Assembly: GCA_963816185.1 (NCBI GenBank)
Contig: CAWFJJ010000021.1
Location: 1-64,000 of the forward strand
Origin: Thermoanaerobaculia bacterium
Lineage (GTDB): Bacteria; Acidobacteriota; Thermoanaerobaculia; UBA5066
Direction of reading: 5' to 3'
Length of the DNA: 64,000 nucleotides
This document shows, in pieces, positions 50,396 to 60,735 of this stretch; positions within the stretch are counted from its first letter, which is position 1, and each line of letters begins with the position of its first letter. Under the pieces are notes generated by a model that did not search any database, was not told where the DNA came from, and saw only the letters and a list, made by a program, of their open reading frames with translations. The position numbers and the translations under genes are program-made.

Positions 50396-51076
50396 TTATG
50401 AGGTGGAGGGCGAGGCTGGAGAGGCGCTGGCGCCTGGAGACGGCGCCGGCGTCGGAGTCGGCGTGGGCGCGATCTGGGGATGGCCGAGCCGAGAGTCGAT
50501 CTCGAGGTTCAATGCGAGGACGTTGACCCGGCTTTCTCCGTAGAGGCCGAGAAACCGCCCCTCGGTGTTCCTGGCGACGAGCGCCTCGAGATCGGTGGCG
50601 GGAATCCGGGTCTCACGAGCGACGCGCGAAATCTGCAGGCGCGCGTACTCCGGGGAGATGTGGGGGTCCACGCCCGAGGCGGACGACGTTACGGCGTCGG
50701 CCGGGACGGCCCCGCTGGCCCCCTCGTCGCTTCTCACGGCCGTCACGGCGTCCTTGACGGAGTCGGCGAGCTTCTTGGAGGTCGGGCCGAGATTCGTGCC
50801 GCCCGACGCAGTCGGATCGTAGCCGTTGCCAGCCGCGGACGGACGGCCGTGGAAGTGGCCCGGCATCACGAACGCCTGGCCGATCAGCGACGAGCCCATC
50901 ACCGCGCCGGGGCTCGTCCCCTCTTTCCTTCTAAGAAAGCTCCCGTTCGCGGCGTCCCGAAAAGCGAGTTGTCCGAGGCCCCAGACAGCGGCCGGATAGA
51001 GCAGTCCGAGGAGCACCGTCAGCGCCAGGAAGAGCCTCAGAGAGCCGAGCACGTTTTCTTTCATCTCAGACCTCAA
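50396..51076 (-). CDS. kdpC: K+-transporting ATPase subunit C
   Basis: [47 protein letters not shown]. Confidence 0.95.
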   Translation of the reverse strand: MRSEMKENVLGSLRLFLALTVLLGLLYPAAVWGLGQLAFRDAANGSFLRRKEGTSPGAVMGSSLIGQAFVMPGHFHGRPSAAGNGYDPTASGGTNLGPTSKKLADSVKDAVTAVRSDEGASGAVPADAVTSSASGVDPHISPEYARLQISRVARETRIPATDLEALVARNTEGRFLGLYGESRVNVLALNLEIDSRLGHPQIAPTPTPTPAPSPGASASPASPSTS

Positions 51077-53121
51077 ACGAGATGGAGGGTGACGAGGAGG
51101 AGATCGATCGCCTTGATACCCAGGAACGGCACGATGACGCCCCCGACGCCGTAGAGCATCAGGTTCCGCCTCAGGATCCTCCCTGCGCCGAGCGGCCGGT
51201 ACGAGACCCCTTTCAGAGCGAGAGGGATGAGCGCGACGATGATGAGCGCGTTGAAGATCACGGCCGAGAGGATTGCGCTCTGAGGCGTCGCGAGACGCAT
51301 GATGTTCAGCGCCTGGAGCTCGGGATACGTCACGAGAAAAAGCGCCGGGATGATCGCGAAGTACTTCGCGACGTCGTTCGCGATCGAGAACGTCGTGAGC
51401 GCGCCGCGCGTCATGAGGAGCTGCTTGCCGATCTCGACGACCTCGATGAGCTTCGTCGGGTTCGAGTCGAGGTCCACCATGTTGCCGGCTTCCTTCGCGG
51501 GCTGCGTCCCCGTGTTCATGGCCATGCCGACGTCCGCCTGGGCGAGAGCCGGCGCGTCGTTCGTGCCGTCGCCGGTCATCGCGACGAGGTTTCCTTTTGC
51601 CTGCTCGGCTTGGATGAGGCGCAGCTTGTGCTCGGGCGTCGCTTCGGCCAGGAAGTCGTCCACGCCTGCCTCGTGCGCGATCGTCGCGGCCGTGAGCGGG
51701 TTGTCACCCGTGATCATGACGGTGCGAATGCCCATCGCGCGGAGGCGGTCGAAGCGCTCCTTCATGCCACCCTTGACGACGTCCTTCAGGTAGATCGTCC
51801 CCATCACGCGCTCTCCGTCCACCACGACGAGCGGTGTTCCCCCTTCTCCGGCAATGGAGGAGACGTCGCGCCGGACCGATTCCGGAAGCGACCCGCCGAG
51901 GGACGTCACGAACGCCTCGACGGCGTCCGCGGCTCCCTTGCGAACCTTGCGGCCGGACGCGAAGTCGAGGCCCGACATGCGCGTCTTTGCCGTGAACGGC
52001 ACGAAGACGGCGTCGAGCTCGGCGAGGAGGCGCGCCCGGAGGCCGTAATTTTCTTTGGCGAGGATGACGATCGAGCGGCCTTCCGGGGTTTCGTCCGCGA
52101 GAGAGGAGAGCTGGGCGAGGTCCGCGAGCTGGTGCTCCTCGACGCCCGGGGCGGGGAGGAACCGGACTGCCTGCCGGTTACCGAGCGTGATCGTTCCGGT
52201 CTTGTCGAGGAGCAGGACGTTCACGTCGCCGGCGGCCTCCACGGCACGGCCCGACATCGCGAGGATGTTGTGCTTCAGGACCCGGTCCATGCCCGCGATG
52301 CCGATCGCGGAAAGGAGGCCGCCGATCGTCGTCGGGATCAGGCAGACGAGGAGCGCGATGAGGACCGTCACGGACACCGAGCCGCCCGAGTAGATGGCGA
52401 ACGGCCGCAGCGTGACCGTGGCGAAGAGGAAGACGATCGTGAGACCTGCGAGCAGGATGTCGAGAGCGATCTCGTTAGGCGTCTTCTGCCGTTCGGCGCC
52501 CTCGACGAGCCGGATCATCCGGTCCAGAAAGGTCTGACCCTGCTCTGAGGTGATCTCGACGACGATGCGGTCCGAGAGGACCGTCGTTCCTCCCGTGACG
52601 GCGGACCGATCGCCGCCGGACTCGCGGATGACGGGCGCCGACTCACCCGTGATGGCGGACTCGTTAACCGAGGCAATTCCCTCGACGACCGTTCCGTCGC
52701 CCGGAATCATTCCATTCGCCTCGACGACGACGCGGTCTCCCTTTCGAAGCTGCGTGGAAGGGACGGTCTCCTCGACCTGCGTCTTGCCGGACCCCTTGAG
52801 GCGCCGCGCCATCGTGTCGGTGCGCGCCCTTCGGAGCGCGTCGGCCTGAGCCTTGCCTCGGCCCTCGGCAACCGCCTCGGCGAAGTTCGCGAAGAGGACG
52901 GTGGCCCAGAGCCAGAACACGATCTGGAGCTGGAATCCGAACAGGCCTTTCGGGGCGAGGCCGGGCAGCAAGAAAAGAGTCGTCGCGAGCGCGCCGACCT
53001 CCACGATGAACATGACCGGGTTCTTGAGCATCTTCGCCGGCGCCAGCTTTGTGAAGGCATCGGCGGCGGCCCGGGAGAGGATCGCGCGGTCGAGCAGGGA
53101 TGTGGCTTTCGTTGGGCTCAT
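51073..53121 (-). CDS. kdpB: K+-transporting ATPase subunit B
   Basis: NPVMF, TGES, LIPTTI, DKTGT, KGA, GDGTND. Confidence 0.97.
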   Translation of the reverse strand: MSPTKATSLLDRAILSRAAADAFTKLAPAKMLKNPVMFIVEVGALATTLFLLPGLAPKGLFGFQLQIVFWLWATVLFANFAEAVAEGRGKAQADALRRARTDTMARRLKGSGKTQVEETVPSTQLRKGDRVVVEANGMIPGDGTVVEGIASVNESAITGESAPVIRESGGDRSAVTGGTTVLSDRIVVEITSEQGQTFLDRMIRLVEGAERQKTPNEIALDILLAGLTIVFLFATVTLRPFAIYSGGSVSVTVLIALLVCLIPTTIGGLLSAIGIAGMDRVLKHNILAMSGRAVEAAGDVNVLLLDKTGTITLGNRQAVRFLPAPGVEEHQLADLAQLSSLADETPEGRSIVILAKENYGLRARLLAELDAVFVPFTAKTRMSGLDFASGRKVRKGAADAVEAFVTSLGGSLPESVRRDVSSIAGEGGTPLVVVDGERVMGTIYLKDVVKGGMKERFDRLRAMGIRTVMITGDNPLTAATIAHEAGVDDFLAEATPEHKLRLIQAEQAKGNLVAMTGDGTNDAPALAQADVGMAMNTGTQPAKEAGNMVDLDSNPTKLIEVVEIGKQLLMTRGALTTFSIANDVAKYFAIIPALFLVTYPELQALNIMRLATPQSAILSAVIFNALIIVALIPLALKGVSYRPLGAGRILRRNLMLYGVGGVIVPFLGIKAIDLLLVTLHLV

Positions 53122-53128
53122 GGTTTCC

Positions 53129-54835
53129 TCAGAAGAGCTTCCCGGCGCCCATCAGGAAGTGCTCCACGATCGGGCCGAGGGCGAGCGCGGGGAAGAAGGT
53201 CAGGGCGCCGACGATCAGGATCACGCCGATCAGGAGCAGGACGAAGACGGGCCCGTCCACCGGGAACGTCCCGATCGACTCGGCGACCTTCTTCTTCGCC
53301 GCGAGCGAGCCGGCGATGCCGAGGAGCGGGATGATCATCAGGAATCGCCCGAAGAACATCGCGATGCCGAGCGCCACGTTGTAGAAATCCGTGTTCGCGT
53401 TGAGGCCGGCGAACGCGCTGCCGTTGTTCCCGGTGGCGCTCGTGAAGGCGTAGAGGATCTCGGACAGCCCGTGGGGTCCCTGGTTGTTCAGGCTTGCGAG
53501 GCCGGCTTTCGACGCGACTCCGAGCGCCGTCCCGACGAGGATGGAGAACGTCAGGATGAGGACGGAGAGCATCGCGAGCTTCACTTCGTGCGCCTCGATC
53601 TTCTTGCCGAGGTACTCGGGCGTTCGCCCGACCATGAGGCCGGCGATGAAGACGGAGAGCACCACGAAAAGCAGCATTCCGTAGAGCCCGGCGCCGACTC
53701 CGCCGAAGATGATCTCGCCGAGCTGGATGTTCAGGAGCGGCACGAGGCCGCCGAGCGGCGTGAAGGAGTCGTGCATCGAGTTGACCGCGCCGCACGAGGC
53801 GTCGGTCGTGATCGTGGCGAAGAGGGCAGAGTCCGCCGGCCCGAACCGGACCTCCTTGCCTTCCATGTTTCCCATCGCGGCCGAGACCCCGAGCCCGTGA
53901 TGGATCGGGTTGCCGCGCACCTCGAAGAAGCCGGCCGTCAGCGCCCCGATGAGGAACAGGATCGCCATGGACCAGAAGACGGCCCAGCCGTGGCGGGTCT
54001 TGCCGGTCATCGAGCCGAGCGTGTACGTCAGCCCGCCTCCGATCGAGAAGATGAGAACCATCTCGAAGAGATTCGTGAAGGGCGTCGGGTTCTCATACGG
54101 GTGCGCCGAGTTCGCGTTCACGAAGCCGCCGCCGTTCGTCCCGAGCTCCTTGATGGACTCCTGCGAGGCGATGGGGCCCTGCGGGATCTTCTGGATCGCG
54201 CCTTCGAGCGTCGTCACGGCCTCGGAGGACTTGAAGTTCTGGATGACGCCCTGCGACATGAGGACGATCGCGCCGGCGAAGCTGATCGGCAGGAGCACCC
54301 AGAGCGTTGCGCGCACGAGGTCGGACCAGAAGTTGCCGATGCCCTTCGACTCCGTTCGCGCGACCCCTCTCACGAAGGCGATCGCGATCGCGATGCCCGT
54401 GGCCGCCGACGCGAAGTTGTGGACGGCGAGCCCCGCCATCTGGGTGAACAGCGACATCGTCGATTCGCCCGAGTAGGCCTGCCAGTTCGTGTTCGTCGTG
54501 AACGAGACCGCCGTGCTCCAGGCGAGAGCGGCCGGGACGGCCGCCATCTTGTCGGGGTTCAGCGGCAGGAGATGCTGCAGGCGCTCCATCGCGTAGAGCA
54601 CGACGAGGCTGACGACGTTGAAGATCATCATCGAGCCCGCGTACGCGACGAACCCCTGCTCCTTCGAGGCGTCGACGCCGCCGATGCGGTAGAGAAGGCG
54701 TTCGAGCGGAGCGAGCACCCCGTCCAGGAAAGTCTTCTCCTTCGAGAAGACCTTCTTCATGTAGACCCCGATCGGCTTGACGAGCGCGAGGACGATGAGG
54801 AAATAGATGCCGGTTTTCAGAACGACGTCGAGCAT
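53129..54835 (-). CDS. kdpA: K+-transporting ATPase subunit A
   Basis: [38 protein letters not shown]. Confidence 0.97.
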   Translation of the reverse strand: MLDVVLKTGIYFLIVLALVKPIGVYMKKVFSKEKTFLDGVLAPLERLLYRIGGVDASKEQGFVAYAGSMMIFNVVSLVVLYAMERLQHLLPLNPDKMAAVPAALAWSTAVSFTTNTNWQAYSGESTMSLFTQMAGLAVHNFASAATGIAIAIAFVRGVARTESKGIGNFWSDLVRATLWVLLPISFAGAIVLMSQGVIQNFKSSEAVTTLEGAIQKIPQGPIASQESIKELGTNGGGFVNANSAHPYENPTPFTNLFEMVLIFSIGGGLTYTLGSMTGKTRHGWAVFWSMAILFLIGALTAGFFEVRGNPIHHGLGVSAAMGNMEGKEVRFGPADSALFATITTDASCGAVNSMHDSFTPLGGLVPLLNIQLGEIIFGGVGAGLYGMLLFVVLSVFIAGLMVGRTPEYLGKKIEAHEVKLAMLSVLILTFSILVGTALGVASKAGLASLNNQGPHGLSEILYAFTSATGNNGSAFAGLNANTDFYNVALGIAMFFGRFLMIIPLLGIAGSLAAKKKVAESIGTFPVDGPVFVLLLIGVILIVGALTFFPALALGPIVEHFLMGAGKLF

Positions 54836-54842
54836 GGCGTTT

Positions 54843-54932
54843 TCACAGCTTCTCGGGCTTCAGGAGCGCGTAAAGGAGATAGGCGAGGGCGGCGACGGCG
54901 AGGACGAGGCCGAGGGTGGCTTCGAATGACAT
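54843..54932 (-). CDS. kdpF: KdpF peptide (29 aa), missing from the ORF track
   Basis: MSFEATLGLVLAVAALAYLLYALLKPEKL with YLxYALxxPE signature directly upstream of kdpA. Confidence 0.9.
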   Translation of the reverse strand: MSFEATLGLVLAVAALAYLLYALLKPEKL

Positions 54933-54943
54933 GTCGGCCCCGT

Positions 54944-55027
54944 TCAGATCTCGTCGCAGCGCTTGACGTACCAGAGCGACAGCGCCAGGAGACCGAGCGT
55001 CAGGAGGAGGAAGAGGGCGTCGAGCAT
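54944..55027 (-). CDS. Second small hydrophobic peptide (27 aa) upstream of kdpF
   Basis: MLDALFLLLTLGLLALSLWYVKRCDEI; GGGAGA RBS; fills the gap between porin and kdpF. Confidence 0.75.
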   Translation of the reverse strand: MLDALFLLLTLGLLALSLWYVKRCDEI

Positions 55028-55041
55028 GGATGGTTCTCCCT

Positions 55042-56490
55042 TCAAAAGAAGTAGAGCGCGTTCAGAAGGACGGTCGGCTGCTGCTTCTTCGTGAGAGCCC
55101 CGTCCCGGTCCTCGAAGACCTCCTTGTCGGAGAAGTCGACGCGAAGGTCGCCGCGGAGAACGACGTGGGAGCCCACCTTTAGCTCCGGCGTAAGAGTCGC
55201 TCCCTTGAGCTTCTGCACGACTCCCGTCCGCGCGCCGTCGCGGTCGTTGAAGTATTCACCCCTGAGAATGAGCGCGAATGAGTCGGTGAGGCCGAACCGC
55301 GCGTAGCCCACGATCCCGTTCCACATCGCGGTCTCGCCTTGCGTCACGGCGTTCGGCTCGGTCCCGTAGACCGTGTCCACGGTGAGAACCGTCCGGTCCG
55401 TGACCTTCCACTGGGCGTTGACGTCGACTACGTTGCGGGCGTCGCGGTTGTTGCCGGTGCGCTCGGGCCCCCACATGTAGTTGGCGATGACCGTGACCGT
55501 CTTGGACGCTGTCCAGGTGAGCTGACCGCCGACCGACTTGCTGCTGTTGTTATCCTTCGCGTTGTCCCAGCCGTTGGCGATCATCAGCATCGCGGAGATC
55601 TGGTCGCTGAACGTGTAGCTGGCTTTGATCCCGGTGTGCGTGAAGGGGATCGCGAACCCGAAGAGGAAGGAGCGTGTGGCGTTGTCGTTGTAGCCGTCGT
55701 ATCCGTCGATGACCTCGTAGCCGTGGTTCGTGACGTACTTCCCGACGTCGAGGCGCAGGCCGCTCCCGACCGGGGCGATCCAGCTGACGAAGGCCTGTTT
55801 GAGGTCGAAGTCCTGGCCCTGGAAGAGCCCGTACGCGGCGGAGACGCGTGGAATGGAGGAGCCGGCTTCCGCATCGACGCGGAAGCCTGTTTCGCCCGGC
55901 TTTGACACGGCCTTCTGGAGGACGAGCTCGGCCACGTCCACCTTGAACGAGTTGTCGTCGAAATCGAAAACCCGGAACTGGTTCGTGCCCGAGGCCGGGC
56001 GATTCGTGTTGTACGAGTAGCTGGTGGAGAGGAACCCGTTCACGGCGATCTCCTCGTACCAGGGTTTCGGTGGCGGAGTCGGAGCTGGCGTGGGCGTCGG
56101 CGAGGGTGTCGTTGTCGCCTGCGGCGCCGATTCCTGCGCGAGCGAGGGACTTTCGACGGCGGTGAAGACGGCGACGAGCGCCGCGGCCGCGACGACGTGA
56201 TTGCGGTCGACGGGCTCTCCCGTCTTTCGGAGACGCGGTTCCTTCCGGATCTCGCCGTCGGGTCCCGGCCTTCCCTCGATGAGGACTTTCGGCAGGGCGA
56301 TCCGGTGTAGCGCTCGGGCGAAGAAGAACACGTAGCCCCCGAACCCCGCAATGCCGAACACGAGCCGGACCGCCCCCTCGAACGAAACGGCGAGGAGGGC
56401 TCCGCCGCCGAGGAAGGCGAGTGAGGTGCCGATCAGACCGAGAATCGAGCGGAGAGATTGCCGCCGGGAGCTAAGTGCAGAGTTTTTCAC
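55042..56490 (-). CDS. Outer-membrane beta-barrel porin (BBP2-like) with N-terminal membrane extension, first gene of kdp operon
   Basis: SYSYNTNRP, QAFVS, GKY..GYEVID, AIPFTHTG, NGWD, RGEYF, C-terminal YFF. Confidence 0.8.
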   Translation of the reverse strand: MKNSALSSRRQSLRSILGLIGTSLAFLGGGALLAVSFEGAVRLVFGIAGFGGYVFFFARALHRIALPKVLIEGRPGPDGEIRKEPRLRKTGEPVDRNHVVAAAALVAVFTAVESPSLAQESAPQATTTPSPTPTPAPTPPPKPWYEEIAVNGFLSTSYSYNTNRPASGTNQFRVFDFDDNSFKVDVAELVLQKAVSKPGETGFRVDAEAGSSIPRVSAAYGLFQGQDFDLKQAFVSWIAPVGSGLRLDVGKYVTNHGYEVIDGYDGYNDNATRSFLFGFAIPFTHTGIKASYTFSDQISAMLMIANGWDNAKDNNSSKSVGGQLTWTASKTVTVIANYMWGPERTGNNRDARNVVDVNAQWKVTDRTVLTVDTVYGTEPNAVTQGETAMWNGIVGYARFGLTDSFALILRGEYFNDRDGARTGVVQKLKGATLTPELKVGSHVVLRGDLRVDFSDKEVFEDRDGALTKKQQPTVLLNALYFF

Positions 56491-56535
56491 GGGGGGGAAC
56501 GTGCCTCCCGGACTCCAAGGAAGTCCGGAAAGACG

Positions 56536-56557
56536 TCTAAAGAAGTTCTAAAGAAAT
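56536..56557 (-). promoter_or_regulatory. KdpE-type direct repeat operator
   Basis: TTTAGA-N5-TTTAGA on the minus strand (11-bp period), like TTTATA-N5-TTTACA, in the divergent kdp promoter region. Confidence 0.65.
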
Positions 56558-56610
56558 GCAATCACTGGACTAGACTCCCGCGGTGCTGCAGCAGAGATGG
56601 ATGAACTGAG

Positions 56611-58590
56611 TTGTCTTCTGAACGCAACTCACTGACCCGCCTCGTCCTAGGGAAGCCCCGGGACGTCAACGATCCGAAGATTTTTCACCGGGTTTCGCTT
56701 GTCGCGTTTCTTGCGTGGGTGGGGCTCGGCGCCGACGGACTTTCGTCGTCGGCATACGGACCCGACGAGGCTTTCCGGGCGCTCGGCGGCCACCGCTCGC
56801 TCGCGATCGTGCTCGTCGCGATGACAGCGATCACGATCGCCGTCATCTCGATCGCCTACTCGAACCTCATCCAGCATTTCCCGGGCGGCGGCGGCGGGTA
56901 CCTCGTCGCGACAAAACTCCTCGGCCGGAAGGCCGGGGTCGTCTCGGGTTGCGCTCTACTCGTGGACTACGTCCTCACGATCACCGTGTCGATCGCCTCG
57001 GCATGCGACCAGGTCTGGAACTTCCTCGGGCCCGGGATGGCGCACTACAAGATGATCGCGGAGATCGCCGCGCTCATCTTCCTGATCGTCCTGAACCTCA
57101 GGGGCGTCAAGGAGTCCGTCACGTTCCTCGCGCCGATCTTCCTCGTCTTCATCGGGACGCACGCGTTCGCGATCCTGTACGTGTTTGCCGCCAATGCGAC
57201 CGGCCTGCCGGAAGTGTTCGCCGGCGCCGCTCGGGAATACCATGCCTCGGCGGCGACGATTGGATTCTGGCCGCTCGCGTTCGTTCTTCTCCGCGCGTAC
57301 TCGATGGGCGGCGGCACCTACACCGGTATCGAAGCCGTGTCGAACGGTGTGACGATGCTCCGCGAGCCGCGCGTGAAGACCGGCAAACACACGATGTTTC
57401 TCATGGCGGCGTCGCTGGCCTTTACCGCGGGAGGCATCCTGTTCGGCTATCTTCTCGTCGGAGCGCGCGCGCAACAGGGAAAGACGATGAACTTCGTCCT
57501 CTTCGACGCGCTCTTCGGGCATTGGAAGGTCGGAGGCATCGCCGTCGGGACGGCGTTCGTCCTCACGCTCCTCGTCGCGGAGGCGGCGCTCCTCTTCGTG
57601 GCGGCGCAGACGGGCTTCCTCGACGGGCCGCGCGTCCTCGGAAACATGGCTCTCGATTCCTGGATGCCGCATCGCTTCGCGCAGCTCTCGGACCGGCTCG
57701 TCACGAAGAACGGCGTCTTCCTGATGGGTCTTGCGGCGATCGCGGCGCTTCTCTATACGCGCGGCGACATCACGATGCTCGTCGTCATGTACTCGATCAA
57801 CGTCTTCATCACGTTCTCGCTCACCGAGCTCGGCATGTCGCGTCACTGGATCGTGGACCGGCACAAGGAACCCCGCTGGAAGAGCCAACTCGCGATCCAC
57901 GGCACCGGCCTCGTCATGTGCCTCACGATCCTTTGCGTCACCCTCTACGAGAAGTTCGCGGAGGGCGGCTGGATGACGTCGCTCGTGACGAGCGCGACGA
58001 TCTTCGTCTGTTTCCTCATCCGGCGGCACTACGAGAACGTGCAGCGGGACCTCAAGCGTCTCGACGACGTCCTCGTGCCGGTTCAGCCGGTTCCGGTCGC
58101 GAAGAACGCGCTCGAGGAGCTGGACCACAGGCTCCCGACCGCGATTCTCACCGTGGACCGGTTCTCCGGCTACGGGATCCACCAGATCCTGAGCATCCAC
58201 ACGCTGTTCCCGAACTACTACAAGAACTTCGTCTTCGTCTCCGTGGCGGTCGTCGACTCCGGCAACTTCAAGGGCAGCGACGAGATGGGGCACCTGGAAG
58301 CCGACGCCCGGCGGAACCTCGAGATGTACGTCGCGTGGTGCCGGGAGAAGGGCTGGAACGCCGGCTACCGGATGGCGATCGCGACGGAAGCCGTCGCGAA
58401 GGTCGTCGAAATCTGCAAGGAGCTGCGCCAGGAATTTCCGCGCTCGGTCGTGTTCAGCGGCAAGCTCGTCTTCGAGAAGGAGGATTGGTACCATCGCCTT
58501 CTGCACAACGAGACGGCGATGTCGATCCAGCGGAAGCTCCAGTTCGAGGGCGTGCAGGCGATCGTCCTTCCGGTCCGGGCCGCGGTGTGA
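56611..58590 (+). CDS. APC-superfamily transporter, KimA-like K+/H+ symporter candidate
   Basis: DGLSSSAYG, FPGGGGGY, DYVLT, NLRGVKES, TGIEAVSNG, KFAEGGW, LLHN in cytoplasmic tail. Confidence 0.82.
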   Translation: MSSERNSLTRLVLGKPRDVNDPKIFHRVSLVAFLAWVGLGADGLSSSAYGPDEAFRALGGHRSLAIVLVAMTAITIAVISIAYSNLIQHFPGGGGGYLVATKLLGRKAGVVSGCALLVDYVLTITVSIASACDQVWNFLGPGMAHYKMIAEIAALIFLIVLNLRGVKESVTFLAPIFLVFIGTHAFAILYVFAANATGLPEVFAGAAREYHASAATIGFWPLAFVLLRAYSMGGGTYTGIEAVSNGVTMLREPRVKTGKHTMFLMAASLAFTAGGILFGYLLVGARAQQGKTMNFVLFDALFGHWKVGGIAVGTAFVLTLLVAEAALLFVAAQTGFLDGPRVLGNMALDSWMPHRFAQLSDRLVTKNGVFLMGLAAIAALLYTRGDITMLVVMYSINVFITFSLTELGMSRHWIVDRHKEPRWKSQLAIHGTGLVMCLTILCVTLYEKFAEGGWMTSLVTSATIFVCFLIRRHYENVQRDLKRLDDVLVPVQPVPVAKNALEELDHRLPTAILTVDRFSGYGIHQILSIHTLFPNYYKNFVFVSVAVVDSGNFKGSDEMGHLEADARRNLEMYVAWCREKGWNAGYRMAIATEAVAKVVEICKELRQEFPRSVVFSGKLVFEKEDWYHRLLHNETAMSIQRKLQFEGVQAIVLPVRAAV

Positions 58591-58599
58591 GCGTCTAGA

Positions 58600-59298
58600 C
58601 TAGGGTTCCGCCACGAAGCGGTACCCCACCCACGGCTCCGTGACGATGTAACGCGGGCGGGCGGGATCAGGCTCGATCTTCTTGCGCAACGAGCCCACGT
58701 GGACGCGGACGGCGTCCGGGCTCGTGCCGGGCGCGCCGTGCCAGACGCGGCCGATGATCTGGCGGATCGTGATGGGCTTGCCCGCATGGGATGCGAGGAG
58801 GTCGAGGATCGCGAGCTCGGTCGGCGTGAGGTGGACCTCTTTGCCCTCGACGACGACACGCCGCCTCTCGCGGTCCAGCGTGAGGCCCGGAAACTCGAGG
58901 ACGCCGCCCGCCTCTTCCTCCGCGTGGCGCCGAAGCTGCGCCCGCACACGCGCGAGGAGCTCCTGCACCGAGAAGGGTTTGACGACATAGTCGTCGGCGC
59001 CGAGATCCAGCGCGCGGACCTTGTCCGCGTCGCCGCCGCGCACCGACAGGACGACGACGGGGGTGGCTCCGGCGCGCCGCACGCGCCCGACGAGGTCGAA
59101 GCCGTCCGTGACGGGCATCGCGAGATCGGTCAGGACGAGGTCGGGCTCGGTTTCCTCGAAACGACGAAAGCCCTCCGCTCCGTCGGCCGCCTCAAGGACC
59201 TCGTATCCCGAGGCCGAGAGCTCGGCCGCGAGCGCCCGGCGGATCGCCGGATCGTCGTCGACGACGAGAATGCGGGCGGCCCCCGGCGCGCGCGTCAA
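58600..59298 (-). CDS. kdpE: KdpE-type response regulator
   Basis: LVVDDD, DLAMP, ALDLGADDYVVKPF, HLTPTE, KKIEPDPARPRYIVTEPWVGYRF. Confidence 0.9.
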   Translation of the reverse strand: MTRAPGAARILVVDDDPAIRRALAAELSASGYEVLEAADGAEGFRRFEETEPDLVLTDLAMPVTDGFDLVGRVRRAGATPVVVLSVRGGDADKVRALDLGADDYVVKPFSVQELLARVRAQLRRHAEEEAGGVLEFPGLTLDRERRRVVVEGKEVHLTPTELAILDLLASHAGKPITIRQIIGRVWHGAPGTSPDAVRVHVGSLRKKIEPDPARPRYIVTEPWVGYRFVAEP

Positions 59299-60695
59299 CC
59301 GATCTCCTCGGCCGGCGCTGCGGCGGCGGGGACTTCGAAGCGTGCGATCGTGCCGCCTCCCGGACGGTCCACGAGCGCGATCGACCCGCCCAGCGCGTGC
59401 GCGAGCGACTGGCAGATCGTCAGCCCCAGCCCGGCGCGGCCGGCATCGCCCGGCGCACCGCCCGCAGCGGCGCGCTTCACGTCGGGGGAGACGCCTGAAC
59501 CGCGGTCGAGGACGTCGAGGCGGACGCGCGCGGCGTCACGCGGGCTCGGCGCGGCCGCCAGCTCCAGCGTCCCGGATGGGGCCGCGCGCGAGGCGTTTTC
59601 CAGAAGGTTCGCGAGGATCTCGACCGCGAGCGTCGGATCCACGTAAAGGTCCGGCGTCTGGGGCGCCACGAAGACATCCACGGCGCGCCCCGCGAGGGCG
59701 AGCGGGAGGGCGTCGAGCGTCGCCCGGAACAGGTCTGCCGCAGGCGTCGGCTCGGGGTGCGGCACGAACGTGCCCGCGTCGAGGCGCGCCATCGCGAGGA
59801 GGTTGTCGATCCGACGCGAAAGGCGCTCGGTCTCTCGTGCCACGTCCTCGACGATTTTCGCGGTCTCCGCGGGGAATCGCTTCAGGCGGTCGAGCCCGAG
59901 GCGAATGGACGTGATCGGCGTCCTCAGGTCGTGGGACACGGCGCGCAGGAGCGAGGTCTTGAGGGCGTCGCTCTCTTTGAGGGCGTCGAGGTGCGCCCGC
60001 TCCCCCAGGAACCGCTCCCGCTCGACGGCCAACGCCACCAGCCGTCCGACCGACTCCAGGGCGCCGCGGTCTGCGCGGGTCCCCCGGACGACGAGAACAC
60101 CGCTGGTCTTCCCGCCGACGGCCAAAGGAAGATAGACGTCGCGCGCGCCACCCTCCGCGGGCACCTCGGCGGTCTCGCCGCGTCGTCCGACGGTCTCCAC
60201 GAGCGGATCCTCGGCATGGAGGGCGTTCTCGCCCATCACGCCGACGATTTCTGCCCGGGTGGCCTCGTTGCGAAAGAGGGCGAGCCCGCCGGCCCGGGCC
60301 CCGAGCGTCTTCAGAGCTTTCCCCGCCGCCTCGCCGAGGGCCCCGACGCGGTTCGTGGCCGTGAAAAGGTCGATCGAGAGATCGTAGAGCGCCTCGATCT
60401 CCGCGCGCCGGGCGTCTGCGTCGGCGGCGCGCTGCTGCTCCCGTGCCACGAGCCGGCTCACGACGACGGACGTAATGAGAAAAGCGGCCAGGGCGACCCA
60501 ATTCGCGGGGTCGGCGATCGTAAACGTGCCGATGGGGGGCAGGAAGAAGAAGTTGTAGCAGGCGGTCGCGGCGAGCGACGCGACGGTCGAGGCCACGAGG
60601 CCGAGCCTCAACGCGGCCAGGAGAACGACGACGAGGAAGACGAAACCGATCGTCGTGGCGTTGGCTCCCGTGAGCCGTCCGAGCGCCGTCGTCAC
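59295..60695 (-). CDS. KdpD C-terminal sensor kinase (DUF4118 TM + GAF + HisKA/HATPase); start uncertain
   Basis: YNFFFLPP..TFTIADPANWVAL, SHDLRTP, NLLENA, DRGSG, GLGL. Confidence 0.88.
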   Translation of the reverse strand: MTTALGRLTGANATTIGFVFLVVVLLAALRLGLVASTVASLAATACYNFFFLPPIGTFTIADPANWVALAAFLITSVVVSRLVAREQQRAADADARRAEIEALYDLSIDLFTATNRVGALGEAAGKALKTLGARAGGLALFRNEATRAEIVGVMGENALHAEDPLVETVGRRGETAEVPAEGGARDVYLPLAVGGKTSGVLVVRGTRADRGALESVGRLVALAVERERFLGERAHLDALKESDALKTSLLRAVSHDLRTPITSIRLGLDRLKRFPAETAKIVEDVARETERLSRRIDNLLAMARLDAGTFVPHPEPTPAADLFRATLDALPLALAGRAVDVFVAPQTPDLYVDPTLAVEILANLLENASRAAPSGTLELAAAPSPRDAARVRLDVLDRGSGVSPDVKRAAAGGAPGDAGRAGLGLTICQSLAHALGGSIALVDRPGGGTIARFEVPAAAAPAEEIG

Positions 60696-60735
60696 GGCGA
60701 CGGCGGCGAGCGCCGCCGCCGCCCGCGCAACTCCT

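Noticed and set aside
52853-55054. 733-aa plus-strand ORF
   Set aside because: Antisense shadow of kdpA.
56066-56125. Pro/Thr-rich repeats in the porin (also the KdpC tail at 50400-50470)
   Set aside because: Ordinary low-complexity linkers.
56536-56557. TCTAAAGAA repeats as members of the dispersed motif
   Set aside because: Different core, 11-bp direct repeat and position fit a KdpE site better; not counted.
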